DNA of 64,000 nucleotides from Leptogorgia sarmentosa (GCA_964658305.1 OZ210885.1:3286001-3350000), one strand, 5' to 3'; positions 1 to 14,345 are shown, counted from the stretch's first letter. Notes: generated by a model from the sequence alone, not told the origin. Numbers and translations: made by a program.

Positions 1-616
1 CCTGCTATTGCCGCACACGCGAAGTTTGAGCAATATGATTGGCTTAGAATTTAAAATCTTTACAAAGATGGAAATTATTCTCAGTCTTGTTTATCCACTG
101 ACTTACTTTCAATCGAATTGCGCACTGAAACAGTATTTTCACGCTCAAATTCAATCTATTAGACTGATGTATTTTTCAAACCGTTGGAAGATTGGAATTT
201 TCAATCTTTGAATTAAGAGAGTAGGCAAACTGGTGGCGGGTTGATACATGTTGCATTGGAATGACATCATAACTGTCCTGTGAGCAATCGTCAATGTCAG
301 AGATGACTAAAATATGGCGCGAAGTGAACAAATAGGGCCTTCCCTAAGTTCAGACAGTTTACACCATGGCAAAATAAAATGAACCACCTGCGAAAGTTCT
401 ACTCATGCACGACCTAAATGATACAACTCGATTCAACGCTTGCAAAAAAGCTCCTTTTTCGGGAACTAGTATATCGTTTAGGCAGCGTGTAGAAAGTTTG
501 GTTCCTGCTTGTTGCTGTTGTCTTGTCGCTCGCTACCTACGCTGGCCACATATTGAAGTTCGTTATAACAAATCAAGTAGCAAACAAAAAGTGCGGATGA
601 TATAATAATAGTTGAC

Positions 617-3616
617 CTGTACAATTCTGCCCATTTCCTTCGTAACCTTGAGAGCATTTACATTTGTATGAACCGTCAGTATTTGTACAGTTTGCATTCG
701 AGTCGCAATGATTGGTTTTTTCCAGACATTCGTCAATATCTGTAAACATAATGACGAAAAAAATCATTTTTCAATTCAAGTTAATGTACCCTAAAATTAA
801 CTTCGCGGTAGTTTAAGCACGTTGCAAAATGTATCCCAATGTATTTAAATCCACCAATCCACTATTGGTCTAAATTGCATTTTTATCGCGAACATCAAGT
901 ACCGTCGCAATTGCGGCCATTTCCAGTGTATCCACTTCTACACTGACAGTCGTAAGAACCTGGAGTGTTCATACATGTTGCATTGGAATGACATTTGTGA
1001 CTTTCCTGAGAACATTCGTCAACGTCTGAAAGAATTAAAGTATTGGTAAACACCCACAAAAGGGGGAATAGATACTTTGCCCTATGTTTCGGCAGCTGAA
1101 ACAACAATGCTTAAAAAACCGAAAGTGTTCGGACAGTGCCGGTTTTATAATTGGCGGTAAACAAAACATCCTGTACAAGCATTGCTGGAGTGTGACTCGA
1201 CACTTTTAGGGAAGTGAAAGGGACGCTGAACCCTCGAGGCAACCACATAATTGCCTTTTGTTCCTTAACTTTGCGGAGACCAGCGTACAACTGCTTGCCA
1301 AAAAATAGACTATTAATGGTCAAGTTTCCATGCTGTTAAAATCTTAAACATGATTTCGGTTGGGAAATTTGAAGACAGCATCACATCAAATACATCAAAG
1401 ACCTTGGACGTAGAAAAGCTATGCCTGTTCGCGGGTTTGAAGTGAGCTGAACGCTAATTGGCTTATACACAACGAAGATACAGTACCTGTATGAACCAGT
1501 CGCTCAATGTCTAGTGGCACGATACGCTTTCGATAGAATTATAACTGCATTCGCAGATACAAAAAATTACACGCACTATTTAATTAAACAGATAGAGCAA
1601 AAACACTAATTTCCTGCGAAGTGCCTTCGCTCCTCGAATCATCGGATTGTGTTTTTCATTTCACTTATGTAGTAAGTTCATCACTTTTGTAAAGTTTACC
1701 TTTGTAGAAATTCTGCATTAATTCATAATTTTTGCTTACCTTCAGTGACCTATAGATAAGAGATAAAATTTAAAATTGTTCAGTACGCACTGTCATGTAT
1801 TCTAAATAGACAAAGGGGGAATGCCGGCAGGGATTCAGATAATTTTTCACGCTAGTACTATTTTAAGGTAATAACACCACTGCAACCCCGCAAAAAAACC
1901 ACGGCTTCTCAAAGTCCCTGGGTCCGAGTGTAAAATTCTACTCTTTTGAATTTACATTGTATAAATTCACATACTCTCGACCGAGTTTCCCGCAAAGAAA
2001 TTTTGAAACAACTGTAGATTCGGTTGATTATGGTTTGCTCGGGCAAGCGCGGCTATGCCAGGGATGCTTATATGCCCAAAATCAGCTCAGCAAGAATAAA
2101 TATGTCTCAAGTTGTAAAAAAATTAATTATATCATCCTTACCACAACATCCTCGTAGAAATTCCAAGATCCATTCCTCATCTTTGTAACGTTCATTTTCA
2201 CGGAGCTGTTACTCAACTGGCAGTTGGCTGTATAAATACTGCTAGGTCTGACTCTGAAGTTATAACCGTAGCAATTGCTTGCATTTACACAGAGAAGATG
2301 ACATTCTGCCAAAAGATCAACGTTGTGACTTGAGATCAAGATTGATGGACGAAGTGGTTGGTTTCCTGTCAAAGAAAAAAAAGTGTGTTGAAATTGATAC
2401 TCATGCCAGACTTTCGTCTCTGAAGCAAATGTTTTTATAGTGAAAAAAATAAGGATATAGCTGGTTTACGCAGCTTTGGCAGGTGTACGCTAAATTTGTT
2501 TGTACTACAGGGTGTATCAAAAAAAAGTTTACAGATGAAAAACATTCTTTAAACTAACGAGCGCTCAAAATTTCCAAAATCTTTCGGTTAGCGTGGGTAG
2601 TTTAACATTCTCTGGTATATCTAGCACTAAGTTTATTTTAAAAACAAACCTTTTTAGAATGGGGAATGTGGTTACTGAAAGCCCAATTAAAAACGGCTTA
2701 CGCGGAAAAAATAAGTTTTCTTCACACAATTTGATTTAATCGGATGAAAATATGGAGTATGATATACAAGCTATTAAAGTTTTGAGAAATTTGGTGCACG
2801 CTCAGACGAACGTGCGATGTCCAAAAACTGGATTTTGCGTTCTTTCCTGCGTGATCCCCGATTAATTTATGCATAATTAGATATTTGCATAATTACCAAT
2901 GCAAATTGCAAGCTAATTCCCAAAGGTCCGTAATTACGCGAAGAAATTGCGGAAAATCCAGTTTCGGACATCGCACGTTCGTCTCAGCGTGCACCAAATT
3001 TCTCAAAACTTGAATAGCTTGTATATCATACTCCATATTTTCATCCGATTAAATCAAATTGTGTGAAGAAAACTTATTTTTTCCGCGCAAGCCGTTTTTA
3101 ATTGGCCTTTCAGTAACCACATTTCTCATTCTAAAAAAGTTTGTTTTTAAAATAAACTTAGTGCTAGATATACCAGAGGGTGTTAAACTACCCATGCTAG
3201 CTCGTTAGTTTAGAGAATGTTTTTCATCAGTAAACTTTTTTTTGATACACCCTGTAGTGTGTGCATTTTATGTGGCTGAGCGTTTGGGAAAAATATTTGA
3301 CGAACTGGCAAATCATTGGCAGAATTTTTTTTCATGCACCTGCGCCAACAGAACAAAGACTATCTAGACTTTAACGGTCAAAAATCTTAAAATAAGAAAC
3401 AAGTCATTAGTCCATTGAACAACAAAATTGCCCGCATGAATTTTAGTTGAGCAACCGAAAATTAAATTACGCATGATCTAAATATCTATATAAAAAATAG
3501 TTACCCAAGCTGGCCTTCTTGAAATGTCTCCAAGTGCATGACTTTCCATCTTCGGAAATAGGTCTCAAGGCACTGGACATTGGCAACATCACCATTAACA
3601 ATGACAGAAAATCCAT
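617..3616 (-). CDS. Secreted PAN/apple-EGF(-TLDc) gene, copy 1 (3' exons lie beyond the left edge of the window)
   Basis: GT-AG exons in compatible phases: 3505-3616 (MDFLSLLMVMLPMSSALRP.., signal peptide), 2142-2365 (PAN-like [23 protein letters not shown]), 1740-1749 (10-nt microexon), 903-1025 and 617-739 (Ca-binding EGF, DVDEC/DIDEC). Exon-for-exon paralogue of copy 2. Confidence 0.85.
2508..3254. mobile_element. Tc1/mariner-type foldback MITE in intron 1 of copy 1
   Basis: Ends CAGGGTGTATCAAAAAAAAG / CTTTTTTTTGATACACCCTG, TA on both sides, inverted arms of about 320-340 bp. Confidence 0.85.
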
Positions 3617-5896
3617 TATTGAAAATGGATAAACTTCAAATGGGATTTCAGTATACTTGGGCTTTTAAACACAATAGGTAATTGACCTTGGATTCCCGAG
3701 TAGAGTGACGCATACAGGGCTCGGTGTATATTGCTTGATTTTAAAGAGTTTATGAGTCTTCATCTCAGTCCTACAGATGTATTATTCCAGCAATAATATC
3801 TATTTTGCATAATTTATTGGTTTAATTTCCAAACATCTGCGTGCATGGATTGAATGCTGTTAGGAACAGATATGAAATTCAACCGATTCAACCAGGTTGA
3901 AATTTATATTAATTTTAAAATTTTGCTATATCAGTTGCAGGTACCTAAAAATAATACATAGTGATAGAGATACCCATGAAGAAAGATGGTTGAGGTTTTC
4001 TTTGTAAAATCAGTAAATCACTTAATAACTCTAGACGAATAAATTATCGATTATATTAAGCCATTAAGTGTAAATAAAATAGACTATTTCCAAACGCAAT
4101 GTAACTTGAAGTCTTCGTAATATTTTTTTAACAAGTGTGCGCTCTGAACTTGTCCTATGGAATAAGTTTCCCTCCTCTGTTCAATGACAGATCACACTAT
4201 TGATAGCGTTAGAGAGAACGATGCATCCTTAGTTTCCTCATGATCAATTTAATAAGTTCCTCTATTTTGTTCACATATGCATATTTATTATTTCTTTAAT
4301 TTAGCTACTAATCTGTCCGAAAACCTCATTTATAATGAAAGGCTTATTAAAAACTTAACACTTTTTAAAATAGCAGGTGCGCCTATATGCTGGGAATGAA
4401 ACATTTTTCCCGTTGTAAATTTTTTTCAACACGGCAAATGTTGTTTAAATTGTACGTTCCTTGCTAAGATCGTTACAAAGGAATCCTTCAAACCACAAAT
4501 CCGACTATTCACTACTGACATTATTGCATCTCTTTAATTAAAATTATGCTTTGATTAGAGAGCAAGAATGCATTTTATTATTTGTTTAAAAATTCCTGGT
4601 TTTTGATTGGCTGACAACCAACTATAAGTTTGCCATATTGACTCGTAAATAAAAATGATTATGGATTTTTTCGCATTCCTATCAGCAAAATGACCTGAAA
4701 GAGTCAACACGGAAAAATTTTGGGCGCGTTTAATTCCAATCATATTGTTTTAGCAGGGAGAGCCATATTGACTTGGCGATGCAAACGTGACGACGACGGC
4801 GCTGCCGAATGACCAAAGATTTGTCTTTTCTTCTCTTCCATTTATAGCTAAACTTTGCGAAGCCAAATTTCAAAAATTATTATTGGAAAATAAAGATTCG
4901 TTAAATAAAAAAAATAATAAAAACCTCCTGAGCTATCTCTGAAAATTTCCCAAGGGCAAAGAAACTCAATTTGAATTTTGCACAAAATGGTGAAAAACGT
5001 GGTTTCATTTGAATTTTTTACATGAATAATAAAACAATTAGTGAATTTGGTTTTCAATATGAAGAATTAATTCGGTTCATAACGGCAAACTTTGGGCTTT
5101 ATAATGTTTCATATCATGCCCAGCCTCATTCATTAATACTTAAATGTTTCGTGATTCGGAACATGAAAATTGAACAAGACGCAAAGTAGTACATACACAT
5201 AAATGAACATGCGCAAATTCGAAATGAATTTCAACCCACACATGCAATGCACATGCAAAACCCGGGCAAGAGTTCTTAGAAGAACTAGGGTCGTAAATCG
5301 ATTGAACAACAAATCCGTCAACTTCTTTTGCAGTTACCAACAACAACAACAACAACAATAACAAAAGGCGATGTTCGCGTGGAGGTCGCGCGGTCTATTT
5401 GTTCCATTGATTAGTTCCGAATGCGCTGATTTCCGCGCAAAACTCGCATTCGTCGGCTTTCCTCAGAGTCTGTATTATATTGATCCTTCAATAAAGGATG
5501 CAGGGCTCTGGGTACGGGATTCTACCCAATTTGTATATGCAAATTAAGTACAAATTAGGCGTTTTGCGAATATTATGGACATGCAAAGTTTGATCTTTGG
5601 AAACATAAATCAACATCTATTTATTAATAACGATAAATGTTTTAATTATCCCCATGCAAACCTACAAATAACAAGATTTTTATAATCTATCCACGGTGTA
5701 GCTATATAGCTACAATTCGTTTACAAATTCTAATATTCATATTATATTATGAAAATGACAAAATAAGTAAATAACACAATGAAGTTAAGGATTATATATA
5801 ATAACACCGCAAAACTGAAGCGATCGATGTTCTTATAGAGACATGTGGATCAAGACTACGGTAATTTGAATTAAATGAAGCTATAGTTAATTAATG

Positions 5897-6413
5897 CACC
5901 CGTTAAACAAAGACCTCAACGGTAGTATACCCGATATTTCTCAATTGAGAACATGGGTAATGCCCACGCTGGACTATCGTCTAAATAGCCTGGCCTGGTA
6001 AATTATGAACAGTAATTGCCCGGGCCTATAATCATATGCATTTAGCCAGGCCAGAGTGGTGAGCAGCGAGCTCGATGTAGCTCAAGTGGTAAGGCGCGCG
6101 GTGCGTGCGTTACAGTTCTATAGTTCAAGCCCCAGTTCGACACATTTTTTCAGCGTTAGTGATGAAAACTTTTTTTTCCTCAATATTTATCTGACCACAA
6201 TGGTCAGGGTTAGGATTCTAGGGTTTGGGTTGGGATTAAGGAAATTCTTAGTATATAGAAAAATGGTTTATATCTAACACTAATATAACTATATCAAGAG
6301 TAATACTGAAACGCCGACCAGCAAGCTTAGGCGATAGTCCAGCGTGGGTATTACCCGTGTTCTCAATTGAGAAATATTGGGTACTACCCGTTGAGGTCTT
6401 TGTTCAACGGCTG
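5897..6413. mobile_element. Non-autonomous element with ~85-bp terminal inverted repeats
   Basis: CCGTTAAACAAAGACCTCAACGG..GGACTATCG at left is matched in inverted form by CGATAGTCC..CCGTTGAGGTCTTTGTTCAACGG at right; AT-rich TTAA(T) flanks. Confidence 0.7.
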
Positions 6414-6862
6414 ATTAATGAGATTTGCAAATCTTACAGCAATCGTGAACTAACCAACTAAAGAACGAGTTTAGTTCATACATGACGTCAGTAAAAATCA
6501 ATGAGGTTGACAGAAACTTCACCCCAACTCTAGTAGGGTCAGATTCAGTATGTGGGTTGATAGGTATTATTAATACTTTCGATATTTGCTTGGTAGCAAA
6601 ATTGAAAAATTTCCGGTAGTTTATTACAAAACTGAGACATCAAAGAGACTCAAATTCCACGTGGTGGAACTCGATCAATGAAAAAAGCCTGCGTAGGAAA
6701 CTTCGCATTAAATCACAAATTTTTAAGTTAATAGTGGTGCGTTTTACAAAGCATAGGGTTTAAATGATAGTAAACATTTTTTAAATCATATACGGTTAAA
6801 TCATTATAATATCGTGGTACTTTTTTAAAATTACTTTATGGTGTAGCATAACTAGTAGGTTT

Positions 6863-9800
6863 TTAATTTAGATACAAGACTTCAACTTCTGATGGAGTGA
6901 AGTGATAGCTTCCTGCCAGGAGGGATTGTGTGTTGGATTGGCCGGGAGTGTATCCAGATGGAGCTTGGTAGGTGTTACCAAAATACGTGTAGGAGTTGGT
7001 GTTTGATTTCGCATCGTTGGCAATGCGCAAGTCGTGACCACTACCAAATGTTGGTCCATATCCACTGCCACAGTAAATTGCATTCCCGTCATTCTGGTTT
7101 TTCAGCGCAGCCTTGAATGGTGGAAGGTTATCCTTATTGCGCAGAGAAAACAAAAATGATCCTGGAGCAGATTTATAAGCACCTGTCAAAATAAACACAA
7201 TCAACTTAGATATTATTACAGCTCTGTCTTTTACCACTCGTGTATTTCGTGATACTGCATCACTTTCATGTTTTTAATATTCTCAGTAATCTCAAAGTCT
7301 CGAACAGTCAAATAATCAAAAATGTTTTGTCGTTAGTGCAGTGAACAAATGACGTAACATTGACATTCCATGTTTTAGCAAAGATTGTCATTGTTGAGAA
7401 AGGAAAAATACTAAATAAATGCGATAACATGAAAATATTATATTACAATTAGGTATCCAAAATATCTGGAAATATAAAGATTAGCTAAGGTTGTGTATAT
7501 GTCGGAAAATTAGTTATTAGATATTTGTCGCTAAAAGTCCACGTTCCTCCTGCCTTTTTCCAAGATGTCTTAGGGACAACTAAGAGCATGTACATAACGC
7601 AAAAAAGCATTTAACTAATCAACATTTTGTTTTGCATTGATTTTGGCAACATAAATGCACAAACGGCGACTAAATCCTAATTATTCATAAAATTTAAATA
7701 TTCATTTCAATTGCCGTCCAAAACTAAGTTCGCTGTTATACGAAATACCGTTTTGCATTGTTTACACACTCATGAGAAGAAGAAAACCAAAATGCAATTT
7801 TCATTATCGCGTTGAAGTAATGAAATTAGACCTGATAAATATGGCGGCCGCGCTACTAAATAAAGTAGAAATTATGTTGTGGTGAAAAGTATGGCTTTTA
7901 TCATTTTTCCAAAAACAAAAAAACTTTATATCAACAAAATAACAAAAGTTACATGGTTGGGTGAATTATTCCAACTGTTGTCGCTGAAGATGTGAAAAAA
8001 AACTAAGCAGGAAAACTCTTCCGGTGAACTTCCGCTTTCAGATGTAAATTAAACCTAATATTGTCTCGAATACTTTTATGAAAATTATTAAAAATTAATA
8101 GCATGGTTTGTCATGAAATTTTGAGGCCTTTGGAAAACTCCTAGTATATCCAAACCGTGCTATTATCTATATTAACTGAGTGATAACTGTAACAATCTCA
8201 AACTTACTGTTGCTATTCCATGACACTGTAGCATAACCGCCAAAAATGTACTTTTTATTAATGTTGTTGGTAACTTGAACGATAGTTATGGTTGGTAATT
8301 TTCCATCACATTTTGAATGAAATGTACTCGCAGCCCAACCATCTCGTGTTGCTCGCCAACAAATGGTCCAATCTCCTGTTTTCGGCACCCATTCTTCCAA
8401 TTTCTTTTCAAATTCTACTGGTTCATTCTTCAGTATCTCGGAGACATCTACGTATGCATAAGTTAACCGAAAAATTTCAAATAAGAATGGATGGATTGCG
8501 TAAGGATTATAGTTATGCTGTTATTTTTTAGCAAGATAAATATTGAATACAGATTAATTCTACTGAACAACTACGAAATATGATGAACATTATTTCATTA
8601 TTTTCAAGGCGTAACGTGACTCGTTTGTGTGTTGGGGGGGGGGGGGTGGGAGGGTGTAAAATATTTTCATTTTAGCAACGGGTATCATCATGAATAGAGG
8701 GAGGCCGAATCTTGCGAGGCCCAACCATGGCTGGCCCCGAGCGAGAAAATTTTAGAACATTTGGAACCTCTACATTGTAGAAAACGAAAATTGCAGAGTT
8801 GTAAGTCTGCTTTTTTCACACTGACTTGGTGCGTTTTACCGACGATGACAATACTGTAGTTTACAGGACCAAGGAACAGAGGAATTTACCTACAGATTCA
8901 CCCCCACACCTCGCTGACGCTACCCCCTGATTATTTTACATAAATAAAAATCACCTTTGATGTTGTGGCAATATTTTCCACTGGGACATGTGCAATTGTA
9001 GGATCCTTGAGTGTTGTTACAGGTTGCGTCAGCGTGACATTCATGGCTTTCTTCAGAACATTCGTCAATGTCTGATAAAATGAAAATATTGTGGAAAGAT
9101 TTCACAAAGTGGAAACAAGATATTCAATTTAAACATTTTTCTTCAATTACTTTCTAATTCTGATCTATCAATGAACTTATAGTAAATTAATGTGCATCAG
9201 GCCAACTTTATATTACCGAAAACTTTCAACAACTGAAAAACTGATGAAACGCTCTCGTTTGAAAGAATATTCATCAATGTTAAAAGAGCACTTTAACAGA
9301 GAGCATCCAGCAATGAACAATTTTAATCCACAACTTTACTTAAAATTGAAAGTTATAATTAAGGTGAATAGAGATCGGCCCCTTGAAAAAAGGACCTCGA
9401 ATTTACAATGTGTTAGTACAAACCCTAGCCCCGAGCCTACACCGTTACACACTACTTACTCAGTTCCACATCGTTAGCTTGGAGATTAACATATTTAGAA
9501 GCCTTGAATCCCAGAAAGTATGTAGTTGTACTTATATCGTGTAAATCCTGTAACTACCAAAGAACAAAAGTGTGGATATTTACCTGTACAATTGTGTCCA
9601 TTCCCTCGATAACCTCGATAGCATTTACATTTGTATGAACCGTCAGTATTTGTACAGTTTGCATTCGAGTCACAATGATTGGACTTTTCCAAACATTCGT
9701 CAGTATCTATAACATAATGACAAAATGAACGAACTCAATCATCTAATTTAAGTTAATGTACTCTGAATCTAGTATTTTTTATTTAAAATTGTTGCAATAG

Positions 9801-12800
9801 TCCATCAATCAAGTACCTGCACAAGTGCGGCCATTTCCAGTGTATCCACTTCTACACTGACAGTCGTAAGAACCTGGAGTGTTGATACATGTTGCATTGG
9901 AATGACATGTGTGACTATCCTGAGAGCATTCATCAACGTCTAAAATTATCAAAATATGGTAAAAACACGTAGGAGGCAAATGAACTAATGATATATATTA
10001 AGCAAAAGTGCAATATATAAATATCTTCAATTAATTCATGCAGTTATGTAAAACATGTATATAATACCGGCTACGGAACAATTCAGATGTGCATTATAGC
10101 TGGAAATTCATCTATTTGAAGTGCAAACCATTTAAGATTAAAACCATTGATTGCAGTCCTTTAGCGTTATTAGAAGTAAATTCCGCTAAAAGTTTTAACT
10201 GAGTGGGACAGAGACAACTCTTACTAGTGTAGATTAAATGCAGCTTAAATGAAAAATAGTGAATAACAGTAAATAGATTGCATTAAAAGTTACCCATAAA
10301 TACATAACGTATATATAGGGACTATAATTTCATGATCAGACTAAACGTTTTTGCTATATAGTGGAGCAAGTGGGGCACGTTTTAGACATCGAATTTCAGT
10401 CGCCTCGAATCAGGCAATTCAAAATTAAAAATGGATTATGGGACGACTCGCCTGATTTTCTATTGATTGAATTGCATTCGTGACTGGAATTTGACATTAA
10501 ACCAGGCATGCGTTTACAACTTTTGATATATTTCTAGAATTTATTAGTTTACCTGTGTAGAAGAATTCTGTATTAAATCATAATTTTGCCCTTACCTTTC
10601 GTCACCTAAAAGTGATGAAATTTAAGATAAGAATTATTGTGTTCACCGATGTTTGAGGCATAGTTAAGAATTGAGCAACATTTCACTGCCTACATTGTTT
10701 ACAGTTGCCCAACAATGTTGGACCGTCTTATTTTTACTAAATCGGGTGCAACAATGGAAGACAATGTTGTTTATTGTTTTTATCAAAATTGCAACAGTTG
10801 AGTCGTTCGTCCCTAGCTGTGTATGTCTCGTGACGAAATCATCCTTTAAAATAATAGTTCACATGGAATTTGAATATACTTTTTCTACCCGATGAAAAAT
10901 TCAAAAGCCATAATTAGATGTGATGAAGAACATCTTTTAGTCCAGATTTTCCTAGGTTGATCAATATGCAACACAAATATAATAGAGCAAAAAGGTTCTA
11001 ACTAAGGTCATTTTGCAACTTGGTATAGTAAACGTGGAGCTCTTGCACATAAGTAGTTTGCTTCTTTTTTTAGTAAATCAAATTTTAAGATTGCTGGGAT
11101 GTCATATATAGATGTCGTATTTATTCTTACCAAAACGTGCTCATGCTTATGATGCTCAACGATGCTTATTATCTCAAAATAGGCTCAGCAGAATAAATAT
11201 GCCGTAATGTACATGATATATAATATTCTTACCAAAACATCCTCGTAGAAATGCCAAGCTCCATTCCTCATCTTTGTCATGTTCATTTTCACGGAGCTGT
11301 TACTCAACTGGCAGTTGACTGTAAAAAGACTGCTAGGTCTGATTCTGAAGTTATAACCGTAGCAATTGCTTGCATTTACACAGAGAAGATGACAATCTGC
11401 CAAAAGATCAACGTTGTGACTTGAGATGAAGTTTGATGGGCGAAGTGCTTGGTTTCCTGTCAAAAAACACAAAATGCGTTGAAATTGACACTCATGGAAG
11501 ACATATACGCCTCTGTAGGAAATGAAGTTTTGGAGCTATCAAATAAAAATAGGGTTAAAATATAGCTGTTTTATAGAGCTTTATAATATATGTAGGGTAA
11601 AATCTGCAACGTGATTGGCTAATGAGCGTGCATTATAACAGCGTAATGCACGCATCTAGCTATTAAATTTCTCCCGCGACTCTTTGGTTTGACAAAAAGA
11701 CAATAAAAATACATATATACTAAAAATACATCCATAAAAAACGCTTGAATTGTTTGCTTTCGCTCAGCTAAAGGAATAAAGCTGTGTTGCTGCTTGGCAA
11801 CATTTGAGAACACGCTTGATTACATGTAAAGGGAATTTTGATCTTCCTAACGAAGATATTTGTTGCGCTAATATTCTCTCATATTTTAAAAGAAATAGAA
11901 AAACTCCTTGCGTGCCATTATGCTGTTATAATTGCACTCGGGCAATGTTGTGAGAATACTCGGGAATCGCGTAAAACACTCGGCTACGCCTCGTGTTTTA
12001 CGCGATTCTCTCGTATTCTCCCAACATTTCCCTCGTGCATTATAACAGCATAATGGCACGCGACTCGTTTTCTATTTCTTAATTAGCATGGACATATTTG
12101 CGCATGTCAGTTGCCCAGTTGTTCAAAGTACATTCCAGTCTAAAACATGTAGTATTTAAAATAATTATTTATAATGTACGTATCTTAGCTGAACATTTAA
12201 TTCGGATGTATTTTACGACCGACAGGTCATTAGTCTAAGTTTGTCTTATTTATGCACGCACTGCGTCAAGTTATGCAAAGTATATACTAAGTATATCTGT
12301 ATTCAAAGTATATATTTGTAACATTTGTAATGCACACAGCTCTAGCTTAGCTGAACATTTATTTTGGATGAATTTTACGACCAACTGTTTCTCTTATCAT
12401 ACATGCACCCTCGCCCAGTTGGGCAAGGATTTCTGTCTGTCAGAAAAATTGAAAGAAACACATATGAATGTGAACCGAATACGAAGTCGCACATTACAAG
12501 ATCTGCGAGTTCTACAAAACTTTAGTTTATCGACCAACAAATCATGAGTCTTAAGTTTCTCTTATCATACATGCACCAGCGCCCAGTTGTGCAAGGATTT
12601 CAGTCTGAAACGACAAATAAGGTCAAAAATTAATATGAAACACAGACGTCCATTAGTGTCTGTAAATGTTTGTTGTACCGAACACCAAGTCACGCATTTA
12701 CAATATCAGCTGCGAGTTCTATAAAACATTAGTTTATCGACCGGTTTGCTGTTTTGGCCAAATATTAAATAAGCATTGTATCGTTTGTGGAACGCTCGCT

Positions 12801-14345
12801 TTAGCATTCTCAAACTTGCACATAAATAAATGACGTTGTGTCCATATTCTAAGTGTATTTTGTGTTATTGTCAAACACATTCTATTTAACTTCTCCGCAC
12901 AAGGACTTCATTCACTTCAAAACATAGTAACATACAAAATAAAAAGCGTGCTGATGAAAAAAATTAATAAAAATAATTTAGAAATGAACAACAAAAAACT
13001 AACGACAATACATAGGATGGCGCTGACTGCAAAACTAAAATAAAATTTTTCGCTCTCCCGTTAAGATGCAATTCCATAAATAGGTCGTCAATTTAACATT
13101 GTTTTTTACCTGCATTGCAAACACGCAACGTGTTGTTCTTGCATGTGCCCAATACAATGGCTCAATATCACTATAGTCTATACTGTATATTTTATCAGCC
13201 TTATATAATTAGATTTTCACACCCAGTAATTAAGTGATTTTTATATTATTATTTCTGCAAGCATGACAAAAGTATGAACACTTGAGACAAAAAACAATAT
13301 TCTTTATCGTCTCTATCCGAATGATAAGAAAATTCATCCCCAAGATAAAATGTAGGATTCCGTTAAAATTTTTGCAACAACTTCGTAATTGGAATAGACA
13401 ATAAAAAAGTAATTGCGTGGTAGTGTAATATCATATCAGTTCGAAGTTTTACGAAGGCGTCAAAAAGCCAATTAAAAGTCGAAAGTAGTAATGTTGTATG
13501 AAACGTCAATACGTTATCAGTATGCAGGTTGGATGGCAAGACACATCCAAAAGTGAACTCACTGAATATAAAAAATACGAGAACTTGTTGTTTCCTGCCG
13601 TAGAGTATTTTCGTCGAGGATTTGTAGGAAAAAGAAGCTTTTTTCGAAACCAGCTAGGGACGCGTCAGGAGCGGTAATTCGGGGGTGTATATTTATATGT
13701 TTGTGTTTTGCTCGACAAATTTCTTTTGAAATCACTTGTTTTAGGATCGAACAGAACACAACCCTCCCCAATAAGGCCCAATATACGCTCTGGCTATGCG
13801 GCCCCGTTCGAAATGTAGAATTCGAATTCTCGAATGCATTACATTCATGTTCATATCGTCGCACTTTGTCTGATGAATTTCTCTTAGATTCGATTGTTTT
13901 TGTCATCTGCGTACAGGATTAACGACAATACATATGCGGACAAATATTGTCGCTATACATAGTTGCGCCCCAGGTATGTAAGTCATTTATAAGCCTGAAC
14001 TTAGAATTAAAGCGCGCAAACGACAACGGGACACTCCAGGCGTCTAGCGAACTTTCAAGCATGCGATAAGCAAGTACAAGACAGTTATACAAGATTGAAT
14101 CCAATTCAAAATGCAATCTCTGTTTAAATCTTTGTATTGTTTCTGATTTAAATAGCACAACCCCAGTTCAATCATGAGGGAAACACAACTGGGCGCAAAA
14201 TCTTAATACAAGCTATAAGTTGGGAAAAATAATTACCCGAACTGGTCTTTTTGAAATGTCTCTGAGTGCATTGCTTTCCGTCTTCTGAAGGTCTCAATGC
14301 AGTGGCCACTGTCAGCATCATCGGTAAAAACAAAAGAAACTTCAT
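6863..14345 (-). CDS. Secreted PAN/apple-3xEGF-TLDc protein, copy 2 (intact, 8 coding exons, 421 aa)
   Basis: Exons 14237-14345 ([19 protein letters not shown], signal peptide), 11233-11456 (PAN), 10596-10605 (microexon), 9817-9939, 9584-9706, 8955-9071 (EGF), 8208-8447 (TLDc N-half: [27 protein letters not shown]), 6863-7182 (TLDc C-half: [24 protein letters not shown]). All GT-AG, total 1266 nt, frame open to the stop. Confidence 0.9.
11886..12082. repeat. Long terminal hairpin of a non-autonomous (Crypton-like) repeat
   Basis: Inverted arms of about 95 bp (AAGAAATAGAAAA..GCGTAAAACAC / GTGTTTTACGC..TTTTCTATTTCTT) around the centre CGGCTACGCCTCG. Confidence 0.65.

Noticed and set aside
5140..5364. 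ORF with a poly-Leu signal-peptide-like start
   Set aside because: The Leu run comes from a (CAA)n microsatellite; no ATG start and no coding signature.
12090..12750. Degenerate local duplications in intron 1 of copy 2
   Set aside because: Irregular tandem duplications with no coding or structural signal.
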